This document shows positions 20,271 to 29,955 of a DNA stretch of 64,000 nt, piece by piece. The position numbers were made by a program, and so were the translations under genes. The notes under the pieces are model-generated. The model ran no database searches, was not told the DNA's origin, and saw only the letters and a program-made list of their open reading frames with translations. Origin of the DNA: an uncultured Gammaproteobacteria bacterium (GTDB taxonomy: Bacteria; Patescibacteriota; Microgenomatia; JAMCZE01); NCBI GenBank assembly GCA_964641255.1, contig CAZXMM010000001.1, positions 873,890-937,889 of the forward strand, written 5' to 3'. Numbering within the stretch: position 1 is the stretch's first letter; each line of letters starts with the position of its first letter.

Positions 20271-20855
20271 ATGGTTGGCAGTTATCATGTCATTGATCTT
20301 AGGGAATCAACCCAGTTCACTTTCAATACCCTGCCCCATTTAGGACTCGGCTGGCTGGCTAAATACTACCGAATCATTAACGCTACTTGCCAGCATTTTG
20401 AGGGCATTTTTTGCTCTATGCTGGGAGACGGCACTGGGGTAATGTACCAGCACAAGGATCACGCTTCGGCGGCTGTCTTGTCTTGTGCTACGATCCTTGA
20501 GTCCTTGAAAAAAATCAATTTTCCTCTCCGCGGCAACGCCGGAGTCGATAGTGGCACTGTGGACTTACATTACTTGCAAACAAACCACACCACCTTCCTT
20601 TGCCCCTACGGAGCCACTATCATCACCGCTTTTCGCACTGAGGGTATCGCGCCGTCTCTTGGTCATGAAGTCTTAATTACCGATGCTACTTATCAGCAAC
20701 TCCCCCAGTGTCTAACGACACCTTTTTGTTTTGCTGGAGCTCAGGAATTAAAGGGAATTAAGACTAAAATCAAAATGTGGGGGAGCCCCGCGTGTGATAT
20801 CCTAAAGCAAGCAGAAACCAAGCTACCATTAGCCAACTCAGTTTTGTTTGAATGA
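20271..20855 (+). CDS. minimal class III nucleotidyl (adenylate/guanylate) cyclase-like catalytic domain protein
   Basis: HVIDLRESTQFT (cf vlFaDivgFT), MLGDGTGVMY (cf KtiGDaymvv), GVDSGTVDL (cf GihsGpv), ATIITAFRTE (cf tVNvAsRmE), ELKGIKTKIKMW (cf vKGkg.pvavY). Confidence 0.4.
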   Translation: MVGSYHVIDLRESTQFTFNTLPHLGLGWLAKYYRIINATCQHFEGIFCSMLGDGTGVMYQHKDHASAAVLSCATILESLKKINFPLRGNAGVDSGTVDLHYLQTNHTTFLCPYGATIITAFRTEGIAPSLGHEVLITDATYQQLPQCLTTPFCFAGAQELKGIKTKIKMWGSPACDILKQAETKLPLANSVLFE

Positions 20856-21700
20856 AAAAACTACGTGTCGTTTTTTTTGGTACCTCTTCCTACTCTCTGC
20901 CGGTGGTCGCGGCACTGGCACAGCACTGTGAATTACTCTTAATCGTTACCCGGCCTGACAAACCGGAGGGAAGAAAAGCGATTATGACTGCTTCAGCGAC
21001 CAAAAGATGGGCTATTGAACACAATATTGACACATTAACTCCGGAGACTCTTAAGAAAGAGACTCCACCCAGAAGAAAGCTCGAGGACAAGTTAAAAAAA
21101 CTGAAAGTTGATTTAGCCATTGTAGCCGACTACGGCTTGATTATTCCCGAAGGGATTTTTTCCTTGCCGCGACTGGGAACAATCAATATTCACTTTTCGA
21201 GACTACCAACTTGGCGTGGTCCCTCCCCGGTACAGTTTACTCTACTCTCAGGAGAAACTGACGCCTGGATAACTATTTTTAAGCTGGATAACCATGCCGA
21301 TATTCCTATCAAGATGGACTCCGGACCAATTATCTGGCAAAAAAGTTACCCAATTCTGCCAGACGATACTACTGGTCAGCTCTATACTAGATTGTTTGAA
21401 CACATAGCCGCTGAGTTGCCAACTATCTTGAGTACGCCGTTTTCTTTAACTCCCCAAGACCACACCAAGGCAACCTATTGCCGCTTTCTTACTCGAGAGG
21501 ACGGATTTGTCCCTTACGACCAAATTGCAAAGAGCGAAAACTATAATCGCTTTCGGGCTATGACACCCTGGCCAGGACTATGGACTCTGACCCCCGAAGG
21601 CAAACGCCTAAAGATTCTTGGCTGTCACTCACAGGGTGAAAAACTTATTCTGGACGAAATCCAGTACGAAGGAAAAAAACCTCAACGCCCCAAAGTCTGA
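20852..21700 (+). CDS. fmt: methionyl-tRNA formyltransferase
   Basis: LRVVFFGTSSYSLPVVAAL...VTRPDKPEGRK and NIHFSRLPTWRGPSPVQ motifs; def-fmt arrangement. Confidence 0.85.
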   Translation: MKKLRVVFFGTSSYSLPVVAALAQHCELLLIVTRPDKPEGRKAIMTASATKRWAIEHNIDTLTPETLKKETPPRRKLEDKLKKLKVDLAIVADYGLIIPEGIFSLPRLGTINIHFSRLPTWRGPSPVQFTLLSGETDAWITIFKLDNHADIPIKMDSGPIIWQKSYPILPDDTTGQLYTRLFEHIAAELPTILSTPFSLTPQDHTKATYCRFLTREDGFVPYDQIAKSENYNRFRAMTPWPGLWTLTPEGKRLKILGCHSQGEKLILDEIQYEGKKPQRPKV

Positions 21701-21878
21701 GCTAGAGCTATCCCCCCAGCGCAGCAAAGCCCACACATCACTGTCGCACTGGTAACTATCAACCACCCCATAACAACTGTTGCTCGGGGCACATTGACAG
21801 AATATGGGTCATCCTTATCAGCTAGCCAAAAATTCCGAAAGGCATTCCTAAAAAATGTTACCGAGGATTTCTCTAACA

Positions 21879-22127
21879 TTAAACGGAAGCGGTGGCAGTG
21901 ACCGGCTTTTTTAACAATAATTCCCGGGGCACCTTGTACTGAGCGAGGCACGATGCACAAGCTCGGACACTTTTGACTACTCCGTGAACCAAAATCTTTC
22001 CCTTATGTAAATTGGGGAGAAAAATTTTGGGGTTTTTAGACGCCCGCTTTTCCCATTGGCCGGTGTGTGAATGGCGGATCAAATGACCATACTGGACACC
22101 TTTTCCGCAAACCTGGCATACTGTCAT
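21879..22127 (-). CDS. rpmB: 50S ribosomal protein L28 (Cys-containing form)
   Basis: MTVCQVCGKG..SHS....R.FLPNLH typical L28; start chosen at internal Met of ORF 21879..22181. Confidence 0.75.
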   Translation of the reverse strand: MTVCQVCGKGVQYGHLIRHSHTGQWEKRASKNPKIFLPNLHKGKILVHGVVKSVRACASCLAQYKVPRELLLKKPVTATASV

Positions 22128-22145
22128 ATGTGGTAGAATCTTACC

Positions 22146-22799
22146 ATGCTCGATCCGCTTCTGGCAACACTCATTGTCCAAGTGGCCTCATTTGCCATTT
22201 TAGTCTATTCAGTAATCCTTCATGAAATTGCCCACGGGTTTATCGCTGACAAGCTGGGTGACCCCACCGCCAGACTGGCCGGGCGCCTGACTCTAAATCC
22301 CAGATCCCATGTCGACCCCTGGATGACTATTCTTTTACCCCTGGTGCTGTTTTTAACTAACACTGGCGTTATCTTTGGAGCTGCCAAACCCGTTCCCATT
22401 GACCCTTTTAATTTCCGCTATCCCAAGAAAGACACCGCCCTTACGGCCCTAGGCGGCCCAGTGACGAACCTGTTACTGGCGATAGTTTTTGCAGTTTTCT
22501 TGCGTTTCGTTACTATGCTACTACCCAGTGGTGACTACGTGACCCTGGTGCAAGATATTTTCCTTCAAGCCATAGTTCTCAACGTTGGCTTGGCAGTATT
22601 TAATTTGATCCCCGTCCCCCCCCTTGACGGCTTCAAAGTCTTAGCCGGAATATTAACCGATGACATCGCCGAACAAATGTACCGTCTAGAACGGTTTGGA
22701 TTCATGATCATTTTTGCGCTGCTTTTGTTATTTCCCAACGTCATCTTTGGCATCACTTCCCCTATAGTTAGAACATTAATTAGTCTATTACTCTTTTAA
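22146..22799 (+). CDS. site-2 protease family (M50) zinc metallopeptidase, membrane
   Basis: HEIAHG HExxH in TM helix, polytopic, about 217 aa. Confidence 0.7.
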   Translation: MLDPLLATLIVQVASFAILVYSVILHEIAHGFIADKLGDPTARLAGRLTLNPRSHVDPWMTILLPLVLFLTNTGVIFGAAKPVPIDPFNFRYPKKDTALTALGGPVTNLLLAIVFAVFLRFVTMLLPSGDYVTLVQDIFLQAIVLNVGLAVFNLIPVPPLDGFKVLAGILTDDIAEQMYRLERFGFMIIFALLLLFPNVIFGITSPIVRTLISLLLF

Positions 22800-23080
22800 A
22801 ACTCCCCCCTTGTGTTTTGGGTGTACAATATATGTAGGTTCCCTGAAGGATGAGATGGAGTAAAGGATGTTCCTCATCAACGTTTTGTCGGAAGGGAGTC
22901 CCCGATTATCGGGGAAAGACACTGGCTCAGACCATGCGTTCGCGCTAAAGTTTGACACAGTCTCACCCATTTTCTTTCGAGGAAACAACTTTACTACTGT
23001 CTATCCACCCAGGGGACTTTTGCTACCCAAAACCCTTCCCTTCCTTTTTCCTCCCCGTACTCAGTATAATTACCCAACGA

Positions 23081-23155
23081 GCCGCCTTAGCTCAGTGGTA
23101 GAGCACCTGTTTTGTAAACAGGTGGTCCTCGGTCCAATCCCGAGAGGCGGCTCCA
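23081..23155 (+). tRNA. tRNA-Thr (anticodon UGU)
   Basis: Cloverleaf GCCGCCT/AGGCGGC acceptor, D-arm GCTCAGTGGTAGAGC, anticodon loop TTTGTAA, T-arm CTCGGTCCAATCCCGAG, encoded CCA. Confidence 0.85.
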
Positions 23156-23189
23156 GTAAGGAAGTGTCCTAGCTTATAAATAAAAACTC

Positions 23190-23810
23190 ATGCTAGAAAT
23201 CTATCTCGCTCGCCACGGCCAAGACCTTGATAATGCCGTGGGTATTTTAAATGGACAGAGAGATCAACCGCTCAGCAAAATCGGTCTTGTCCAGGCTCAA
23301 AGTCTGGCTGATGAAATTGCACGGCTTAACTTACCACTGGATCAGATTTACACCTCTCCCCTGAAAAGAGCTTATAGGACGGCTCAAATTGTGGCTACCA
23401 CCCTAAAAATGCCCGAGCCGACCATTATTGAGAACTTAAAAGAGCGAACATTTGGCATACACGATGGGATGTTACAAAAGGACATTCCCACAGTATTTGG
23501 AGACAATCTTATTAAAACAGAGCACACCAATTATATTTTAGAACCCAAAGGCGGTGAGACGTTTCCTACTCTGATAGAAAGGGCCAGAAAGGTCCTCGGC
23601 GAGATATGGAAGCGGCATCCCAAAGGAAAGGTGTTAGTAGTAGCCCACGGCGATATTGGTAAGATGATGTACGCTAGCTATTACAATTTGGACTGGCAGG
23701 AGGTACTGACCCTGTTTCATTTTGGCAACTCTGATCTAGTCCTTCTTTCAAAAAACACTGATCCCAAAAATGCTCACGTCTTTCGGGCTAAACAAGTCAA
23801 TCACAACTAA
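23190..23810 (+). CDS. histidine phosphatase (phosphoglycerate mutase) family protein
   Basis: LARHGQ RHG motif, 206 aa. Confidence 0.7.
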   Translation: MLEIYLARHGQDLDNAVGILNGQRDQPLSKIGLVQAQSLADEIARLNLPLDQIYTSPLKRAYRTAQIVATTLKMPEPTIIENLKERTFGIHDGMLQKDIPTVFGDNLIKTEHTNYILEPKGGETFPTLIERARKVLGEIWKRHPKGKVLVVAHGDIGKMMYASYYNLDWQEVLTLFHFGNSDLVLLSKNTDPKNAHVFRAKQVNHN

Positions 23811-23813
23811 AGT

Positions 23814-24644
23814 ATGACTCACACTTTCGACTCTTGGACACAACGCTTAATGGACACTGGCCCAGTCATTGATGGGTGGCAAAGAAAGCAAGTAGGCCCC
23901 AAGAACGACGGCCCTTACCGCACCGGTTACCAAAATCTCCCGATTCACGAAACTAACGAACCACTGGTTCCTTTGGGCTATTATGGTGTCTCTTTTGCCG
24001 AATACTACCTTGATAAGGTTTATGACTATTTGTTGGATGGAAACAATGTTTTTCTTCCCTTAGTGGAACAGAGGATTATTTGGCCCTTTGTGTGGGTACG
24101 CCAGTCAATCGCGACCAAGCTAGTAAGGGCAGACGCTCTCCTGCGATCTCATGGTCTTTTTCTCAAGGTGGTAAGCGGCTGGAGAAGCCCGATTGTCCAG
24201 GAGTTAGCCAAAGATGAGGCTACCAAAAAATTAGGGATAGACGCTGCCAAACGCTTATTTGCTGCCACCCGGGTTAGCAAAGCACAAGTAATCAGCCCTC
24301 ACGCCACGGGGGCCGCGCTTGATATTCAGCTTTACTCTCTGGAGACATTTAAAAACCTCTCTGCCTCAGATAAAAACGATGAATTTGGATTTTACAATTT
24401 AGAAATAAAGCCGGATTTAACCAAAGAAAATGAAATGAAAAAGAAAATTCGTCGAATCTTGTATCATGTCCTATGTACACCTGATATTTGTTTTACACAA
24501 ACCGAAACTTTTACTATCCATCCTGGAGAATTTTGGCACTTTGGCTACGGCGATCCCCTGTCCTCATATTTAATGAAACAGCCATTTGCCAAATATGGGG
24601 CTACTGAACCACCAAAAAATTATCGTATCACTTCGTTTTCTTAA
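23814..24644 (+). CDS. M15-family D-Ala-D-Ala dipeptidase/carboxypeptidase (VanX-like)
   Basis: SGWRSP and SPHATGAALD (SxHxxGxAxD) motifs. Confidence 0.5.
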   Translation: MTHTFDSWTQRLMDTGPVIDGWQRKQVGPKNDGPYRTGYQNLPIHETNEPLVPLGYYGVSFAEYYLDKVYDYLLDGNNVFLPLVEQRIIWPFVWVRQSIATKLVRADALLRSHGLFLKVVSGWRSPIVQELAKDEATKKLGIDAAKRLFAATRVSKAQVISPHATGAALDIQLYSLETFKNLSASDKNDEFGFYNLEIKPDLTKENEMKKKIRRILYHVLCTPDICFTQTETFTIHPGEFWHFGYGDPLSSYLMKQPFAKYGATEPPKNYRITSFS

Positions 24645-24685
24645 TTCTTCATTTACGGCCAAACTTCGGCTATAATTTACTGGCT

Positions 24686-24773
24686 GCTGAGGTACCAGAG
24701 TGGACAAATGGGCCAGACTGTAAATCTGGTGCTGGAAACGGCTACGAAGGTTCGAATCCTTCCCTCAGCACCA
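24686..24773 (+). tRNA. tRNA-Tyr (anticodon GUA), long variable arm
   Basis: Acceptor GCTGAGG/CCTCAGC, anticodon loop CTGTAAA, long variable arm, T-arm GAAGGTTCGAATCCTTC, CCA; near-identical to E. coli tRNA-Tyr architecture. Confidence 0.8.
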
Positions 24774-24774
24774 A

Positions 24775-25719
24775 ATGCAATTAGGCGCGTCTTTTAGTCA
24801 TCGGCATCTACAATCATTAGGCTATGACCCCCTAACCGCTCTTAAAGAGTTGGCTAGTTTGGGACTAAAATGGATTCGCTTAGGCTGTTACTGGGACGAA
24901 ATTGAGAAAGAGCCGGGTAAATTTACTTTCCAAGCCCTCGACCCACTCATTAAATTTTGTACCAAGGAAAAAATTAACCTGGTCTTAACAGTGGGAATCA
25001 AAGCTCCTCGCTATCCGGAATACTACCTGCCCAAATGGCTGGCTCAGCAAGTCCACTTTAGACGGCTCTCTACTATCGACGTCACAAACAAGGTTTTACT
25101 GTCTGCCACTTCTAATTTTATTAAAAACACCATTGAGCATTTTCAGGGCCACCCTACTATTAAAGTCTGGCAGGTAGAAAACGAGCCTTTAGACTGGTCG
25201 GGAGAAAAATGGTGGAAAATTACCCCCGCATTTCTAAAAAAGGAAGTTATTCTAGTCAAAAAACTTGACCCAACGAGAAAGATTCTTATCAACTTATGGG
25301 GCAACGAACTAAGCAAACGCGAGCTCTATAAAGAAGCGCTTAAACTGGCCGATATTATTGGGTTTGATTTCTATTTGCGCCACCCTATGTTTTTCTTTTT
25401 TAATTTTTTTAATCGCTATATTGGCCCACTAGATAAAGCGGCCAAAATTAAAGAAATACTTTGTGAAGTTACAGGTCTTGGTAAAGAGATTTGGATTACT
25501 GAACTGCAAGCCGAGCCCTGGGAAGTAGCCGAACTTCATACTAAAAAGGATAATCCCCCGAGTTTTTTGCCGAAACATTTTGCTGGCAATTTGGATTATG
25601 GTAAATCTCTCGACCCTTCAGTCATTTTCCTGTGGGGTTTTGAGTGGTGGTATGACCGCAAACAAAAAGGTGACCTACGTTATTGGCAAGAAGCCCAAAA
25701 AGCCATCAATTCGTTATAG
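24775..25719 (+). CDS. glycoside hydrolase family 5-like (TIM-barrel) protein
   Basis: ENEP (acid/base) and ITELQA (nucleophile) motifs spaced as in GH5. Confidence 0.45.
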   Translation: MQLGASFSHRHLQSLGYDPLTALKELASLGLKWIRLGCYWDEIEKEPGKFTFQALDPLIKFCTKEKINLVLTVGIKAPRYPEYYLPKWLAQQVHFRRLSTIDVTNKVLLSATSNFIKNTIEHFQGHPTIKVWQVENEPLDWSGEKWWKITPAFLKKEVILVKKLDPTRKILINLWGNELSKRELYKEALKLADIIGFDFYLRHPMFFFFNFFNRYIGPLDKAAKIKEILCEVTGLGKEIWITELQAEPWEVAELHTKKDNPPSFLPKHFAGNLDYGKSLDPSVIFLWGFEWWYDRKQKGDLRYWQEAQKAINSL

Positions 25720-25729
25720 AAACTTCAAC

Positions 25730-26152
25730 TTAGTTAATCAGCTCGCGAGCCAGTTTCAATCCTTGCTTGACATAAAACTCATCATAAGAAAAAACGCCAT
25801 CTGCATTTAACTTTTTGGCAATTGCCACTACTGAGCAATCGACTAAGGTGTTTTTCTTGCTACCCGCTGGGTTAAAAAGACTCGCTGCTTCTCTTAAAAC
25901 TTCTGGATCAATGGTAGCTATATCAATAATGTCGTTTTTGACTAAATCAACAAGCCTCGCATTAACTACCGGAGTAGGTAAAACCCGCTGAAAAAGTGAG
26001 ACAATCTCAAAAATAACTGACGTTGGGTAAACAATTTGAAAATTAGAGGCAATCAGCTTTTGAAAAGTCTCGGTGGCTTGAACATTTAACTCATCGTTAG
26101 GATTGTAAATAGCAAATATAGCATCTGAGTCAGTAATAACAATCTTAGTCAT
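25730..26152 (-). CDS. PIN-domain toxin (VapC-like)
   Basis: N-terminal IVITDSDAIFA acidic residue, later TLVDCSVVA; 140 aa; antitoxin immediately upstream. Confidence 0.65.
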   Translation of the reverse strand: MTKIVITDSDAIFAIYNPNDELNVQATETFQKLIASNFQIVYPTSVIFEIVSLFQRVLPTPVVNARLVDLVKNDIIDIATIDPEVLREAASLFNPAGSKKNTLVDCSVVAIAKKLNADGVFSYDEFYVKQGLKLARELIN

Positions 26153-26158
26153 ACTTTA

Positions 26159-26434
26159 CTAGGAATAGAGAATTTCGTCTGCCCGCTGGCGCAAATCAGA
26201 AGGTAATTTCTTTAACTCGTCATGGTTGTCACGAGCCAACTTAAGCATCTCTAAGGCTACGTAACTAGCTTTAGATCGCTGGAGTAGCTTTAAATCCTCG
26301 AGGCTTACAATCGCCGCCTGAGGCTCCTTATTGGTTGTCAAAATAACCACCTTTTTTGTGATTTTGACTCCATCGATAATGGATTTATAGGCTTTTTGTA
26401 GGTCTCTGGCGGGAACAAAATTACTGGTTAACAT
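26159..26434 (-). CDS. Phd/YefM-family antitoxin
   Basis: 91 aa, VVILTTNKEPQAAIVSLEDL pattern, 4-7 bp from the PIN gene. Confidence 0.6.
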   Translation of the reverse strand: MLTSNFVPARDLQKAYKSIIDGVKITKKVVILTTNKEPQAAIVSLEDLKLLQRSKASYVALEMLKLARDNHDELKKLPSDLRQRADEILYS

Positions 26435-26487
26435 TGGTCAATGATATCACACTTTTATTTCACATGTCAATGTCAACTATCCAAATT

Positions 26488-28446
26488 CTAGTCCGCCACC
26501 AGTGGTGAGGCTAGGGAGATATCAAACTCAAAGTCTCGCTCACTTTGGGGCTGGGTAATAATCTTTCTAAAAACCAAAAAGTACATCTTTTGAAGCTGCA
26601 GCAAGTTAGTAAGGGGGATATCCGACTTCATCCGCTCAAAAGCCCTCTGTTCGCTTAAGTTAAAGCGCCACAGATTCCCTAATGATCCGCCTTGATTTTG
26701 AGCTTGTCTTGGAATGTAAAATGTCCCATGTCCATAATTGTTACCCTGAAAACTAGGCACTCCCCCACCATTAGCTCCGAGTAAGAAATCGAGTTCGACC
26801 TCTCTATCTGCCCCCCAACTGGGGGTAACTCCACTTTGGGTTTTATAATCAGCCGCTAGCTCTGTATAAAATTGGTGCTTATCTTCAGTGCTGCCATAGT
26901 GCCGCAGCAAATCATAATAGCTGGCCAGTAGCCGGCTGGTAATTAGTCCGGCATAAGCTACTTCCCGCCTCTCTTCCCTGCCTATAGCGGTGACACTGGG
27001 ATCGCTAGCCCGACTCAGGGTCTGAGTAGCAAACTGGTAAGCCAGTCTCCAGCCGTCATAGCCATCGGGTGACAAACGAGAGAGATACACATGATCTACT
27101 CTCTTATTCACTGTCGGAGGGTTAAGCAGTAAAAACTGCTCCACATTAAAGAAGCTGACAAAGAGAATAAATACGCCAATGAGGGAAACTTCTATAGTTA
27201 CCCACTTAATCCCTCCAACGCTACTCCACAGCCGTCTCGCTAATAGAGTTGTCCCTAAGAGAAGCACCAGGATGAGAAAGATACCGCCATACACTCGGAC
27301 GATACTGAGTCCGTGGTAGTCTTGATACAAAAGAACCCGGCGCAAAATTGAAAAGACAAAAAGAATAAACTCGGCAAACACCACTGCGTGGGCAACGCTA
27401 AGAAGTCTACTCTTCCCGCCGGCACTGCGAAGTGCCACAAGTCCGACACAAAGTAGGCCATATAACAGGCCGGCAGCGAGGACAAACTCCCCAAACCCTT
27501 TGCGCACATATTCCGAGTAGGTCGAGACACCAATTTCTGATAAATGTAGCTCTGTGGGCACACTCACAAACAGATAGGGCCAAGACAGGATGAGATAGGT
27601 GGCAAAAAGTAGTGCAACTAGAACCGTGACTACTCCCACTTCTGACCCAAAGGAAAACGACAATACTTTTTTTTCGGTTTCCTCAGGTGAAAACTTAGGA
27701 GCAGCGGCATAGGCAAGAGGCAAGGAAAGAGCAAAGACTACAAAGCTAAAGATGAGACGAAATGATTCCTTGGAGAAGTTCTCCGGTAAATTGACATGGG
27801 TGACAAAGCTCTTAAATACGGGATCGGCTGATAATAATGGAATAAAGACAGATACCACAATAATCCCTACTATCCCGCCAATTACTAAGGATTTAATCCG
27901 AAGCAGCGAAACGGTTTCTCTTTTAACGGGAATCAGCTCACCAATTTTGCCATTTAAGCTGCGGGACACAACAAAGAGGAGTCCTAAGGTATACGCACCC
28001 AGCGCCAAAAGCGGCGTGGCGATCATAGCTACAATTGAGTGCCATACCTTCTTAGTAGCTAAGCTATAAAAGAAAAAGAAAAGAAGCAGACTGAAACCGC
28101 CAAGAAATGCGAGCACCTGAGCAAGCGGGAAAGTTCTTAAGACAATGGCAGTGCCAAGTAACAGTAGCCCACAAACAAAAACAACCACAGCTTTTTTAAC
28201 AAACAACCTGACATTTTCCAGTCGTAAGAGAAGGAGAAAAACAAAGGAGCCAAGTAAAAAAAGGGCTGCTGCTAAACTTCCTAGCTGCTGAAAGAGAAAA
28301 AGATTAAGAAAAAGAGTAAAGCCAAAAAGAGCGCCAACTCGGCGAAGTATTATTTTAGCGGAGGGCAGCAAATGTGTGCCTTCGTCTAGATTCTGCATTA
28401 CGTCCAATAATTGTAGCAGATCAATGCAAGTTTTGACCACTTTCAA
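26488..28446 (-). CDS. hypothetical polytopic membrane protein (652 aa) with soluble C-terminal domain
   Basis: More than 10 predicted hydrophobic helices; no recognizable catalytic motif. Confidence 0.4.
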   Translation of the reverse strand: MKVVKTCIDLLQLLDVMQNLDEGTHLLPSAKIILRRVGALFGFTLFLNLFLFQQLGSLAAALFLLGSFVFLLLLRLENVRLFVKKAVVVFVCGLLLLGTAIVLRTFPLAQVLAFLGGFSLLLFFFFYSLATKKVWHSIVAMIATPLLALGAYTLGLLFVVSRSLNGKIGELIPVKRETVSLLRIKSLVIGGIVGIIVVSVFIPLLSADPVFKSFVTHVNLPENFSKESFRLIFSFVVFALSLPLAYAAAPKFSPEETEKKVLSFSFGSEVGVVTVLVALLFATYLILSWPYLFVSVPTELHLSEIGVSTYSEYVRKGFGEFVLAAGLLYGLLCVGLVALRSAGGKSRLLSVAHAVVFAEFILFVFSILRRVLLYQDYHGLSIVRVYGGIFLILVLLLGTTLLARRLWSSVGGIKWVTIEVSLIGVFILFVSFFNVEQFLLLNPPTVNKRVDHVYLSRLSPDGYDGWRLAYQFATQTLSRASDPSVTAIGREERREVAYAGLITSRLLASYYDLLRHYGSTEDKHQFYTELAADYKTQSGVTPSWGADREVELDFLLGANGGGVPSFQGNNYGHGTFYIPRQAQNQGGSLGNLWRFNLSEQRAFERMKSDIPLTNLLQLQKMYFLVFRKIITQPQSERDFEFDISLASPLVAD

Positions 28447-28461
28447 TGATACTATTGTAAA

Positions 28462-29955
28462 GTGAGAAACAAATTACCTTTTTTCATTCTAGCCTCTATT
28501 GGACTAGTCCTCTATTTGCCCTCCCTGTTTGGCCCCTTCCTCTGGGATGACGAAGATTTTGTTTATGCCAATCAGTACGTAAAAGAGTTTAGGATTGATA
28601 AATTTTTTACCGACTCGCAAACCGCTGGCAGGGGCAAATTGAGTAATTATTATCGCCCTTTACCGCAGATTGTCTACGCGACTACTCACTCACTATTTGG
28701 TCCTAAGCCGCCATTTTTCCACGCCGTTAACATTCTTGTCCATATTGGCGCAGCTAGCGCCATCTTTATTTTTTTGCGCTTAATGCTAACCGGTAAAGCT
28801 CCACCGGGAATTTCCCTACTAGTAGCACTGATTTTTTTAATCCACCCGGTCCAAACCGAGGCCGTTTCCTATATTTCTGGGCTATCTGATCCCTTGTACG
28901 TACTTTTTGGCACCCTAGCTCTGATCACTTTTTCTTTGCGAAATAAAAGACACAATATGCTCATCCTTAGTTTGGGTTTTTTTGTTTTGTCTCTACTTTC
29001 CAAAGAAACCGCTTTAGTATTTCTGCCATTAACCCTACTTTTAGAATGGACTATTAGCCATAAGATCCGGCACAGTCTTTATTTCGCCTTGCCGGCCGGA
29101 CTGTACCTCCTTTACCACTTCACCGCTATTAATAACTTGGATATTGCCGCCGCCTGGGGGCAGACTGCCTACACCCAATCGGTTACTACCCGCTTTTTAA
29201 CTTTTATCAGTAACTGGTATAGCTATCTTTTGCTCCTCGTCTTTCCTTGGCACCTATTTATGGAGCGAGACTACAGTGTCGCTATCCAAACTAACTGGTT
29301 GTCTATCCAGAGCCTGGGGTTTCTCCTCATAAACGGCGCTTTAATTTACTGGCTTAGCAGCAAGCGGGACGCACAATTATGGTTTTGTTATCTAGCTTTT
29401 TATATAAGTTTTATTCCTTATACTGGCATAGTTCTTATTAACGGTCTGTTCTACGAGCACTTTTTGTACTTGCCCCTAGTCTTTTTCTTTGCGTTTTGGC
29501 TACTAGTATTCAAAGACCATCTCCGACCAGTATTACCGTTACTGGCGGTGGGGCTATTCCTTCTGGCCACCCGCAACATCATTAGACAATTCGACTGGAA
29601 TGATGAAGTGAGGTTTTACACTCAGACACTCCACTACGCTCCAAAAAGCATTCGCATTCGCAACGGCCTGGGCATGGCCTATGCCAAGTGGGGAAACTAC
29701 GAAAAAAGCCTGCAAATCTACGCCGAGGCAATAAAACTCTCCCCCCAAACCCCTAATCTTTACCATAATAGTGCCAATGTCTACTTGGCCACGGGAGAGG
29801 TAGATAAAGCTGAGGAATTTTTCCGCCGAGCTCTAACTGTTGACCCCAATTTCTTCTTTTCCTGGCAAGCCCTAGCCTCACTCTACGAACAAACTGGGCA
29901 AAAAGAAAAACTTGATCTTCTACTTCGGGAGTACCAGAAGGGGCCACTCAATTAG
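28462..29955 (+). CDS. GT-C-fold membrane glycosyltransferase-like protein with C-terminal TPR repeats (TMTC/DUF1736-like)
   Basis: LFGPFLWDDEDFVYAN motif, polytopic N-half, TPR-like C-terminus. Confidence 0.5.
   Translation: MRNKLPFFILASIGLVLYLPSLFGPFLWDDEDFVYANQYVKEFRIDKFFTDSQTAGRGKLSNYYRPLPQIVYATTHSLFGPKPPFFHAVNILVHIGAASAIFIFLRLMLTGKAPPGISLLVALIFLIHPVQTEAVSYISGLSDPLYVLFGTLALITFSLRNKRHNMLILSLGFFVLSLLSKETALVFLPLTLLLEWTISHKIRHSLYFALPAGLYLLYHFTAINNLDIAAAWGQTAYTQSVTTRFLTFISNWYSYLLLLVFPWHLFMERDYSVAIQTNWLSIQSLGFLLINGALIYWLSSKRDAQLWFCYLAFYISFIPYTGIVLINGLFYEHFLYLPLVFFFAFWLLVFKDHLRPVLPLLAVGLFLLATRNIIRQFDWNDEVRFYTQTLHYAPKSIRIRNGLGMAYAKWGNYEKSLQIYAEAIKLSPQTPNLYHNSANVYLATGEVDKAEEFFRRALTVDPNFFFSWQALASLYEQTGQKEKLDLLLREYQKGPLN

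Noticed and set aside
21682-21960. 92-aa minus-strand ORF between fmt and rpmB
   Set aside because: It overlaps the 3-prime end of rpmB in another frame and the fmt stop, and has no motif. It is likely a spurious GC-rich open frame.
22867-23172. 101-aa plus-strand ORF
   Set aside because: Its 3-prime third is the tRNA-Thr(UGU) gene (SSVVEHLFCKQVVLGPIPRGGS). The remainder has no coding signature. The upstream part is reported as a possible ncRNA or leader instead.
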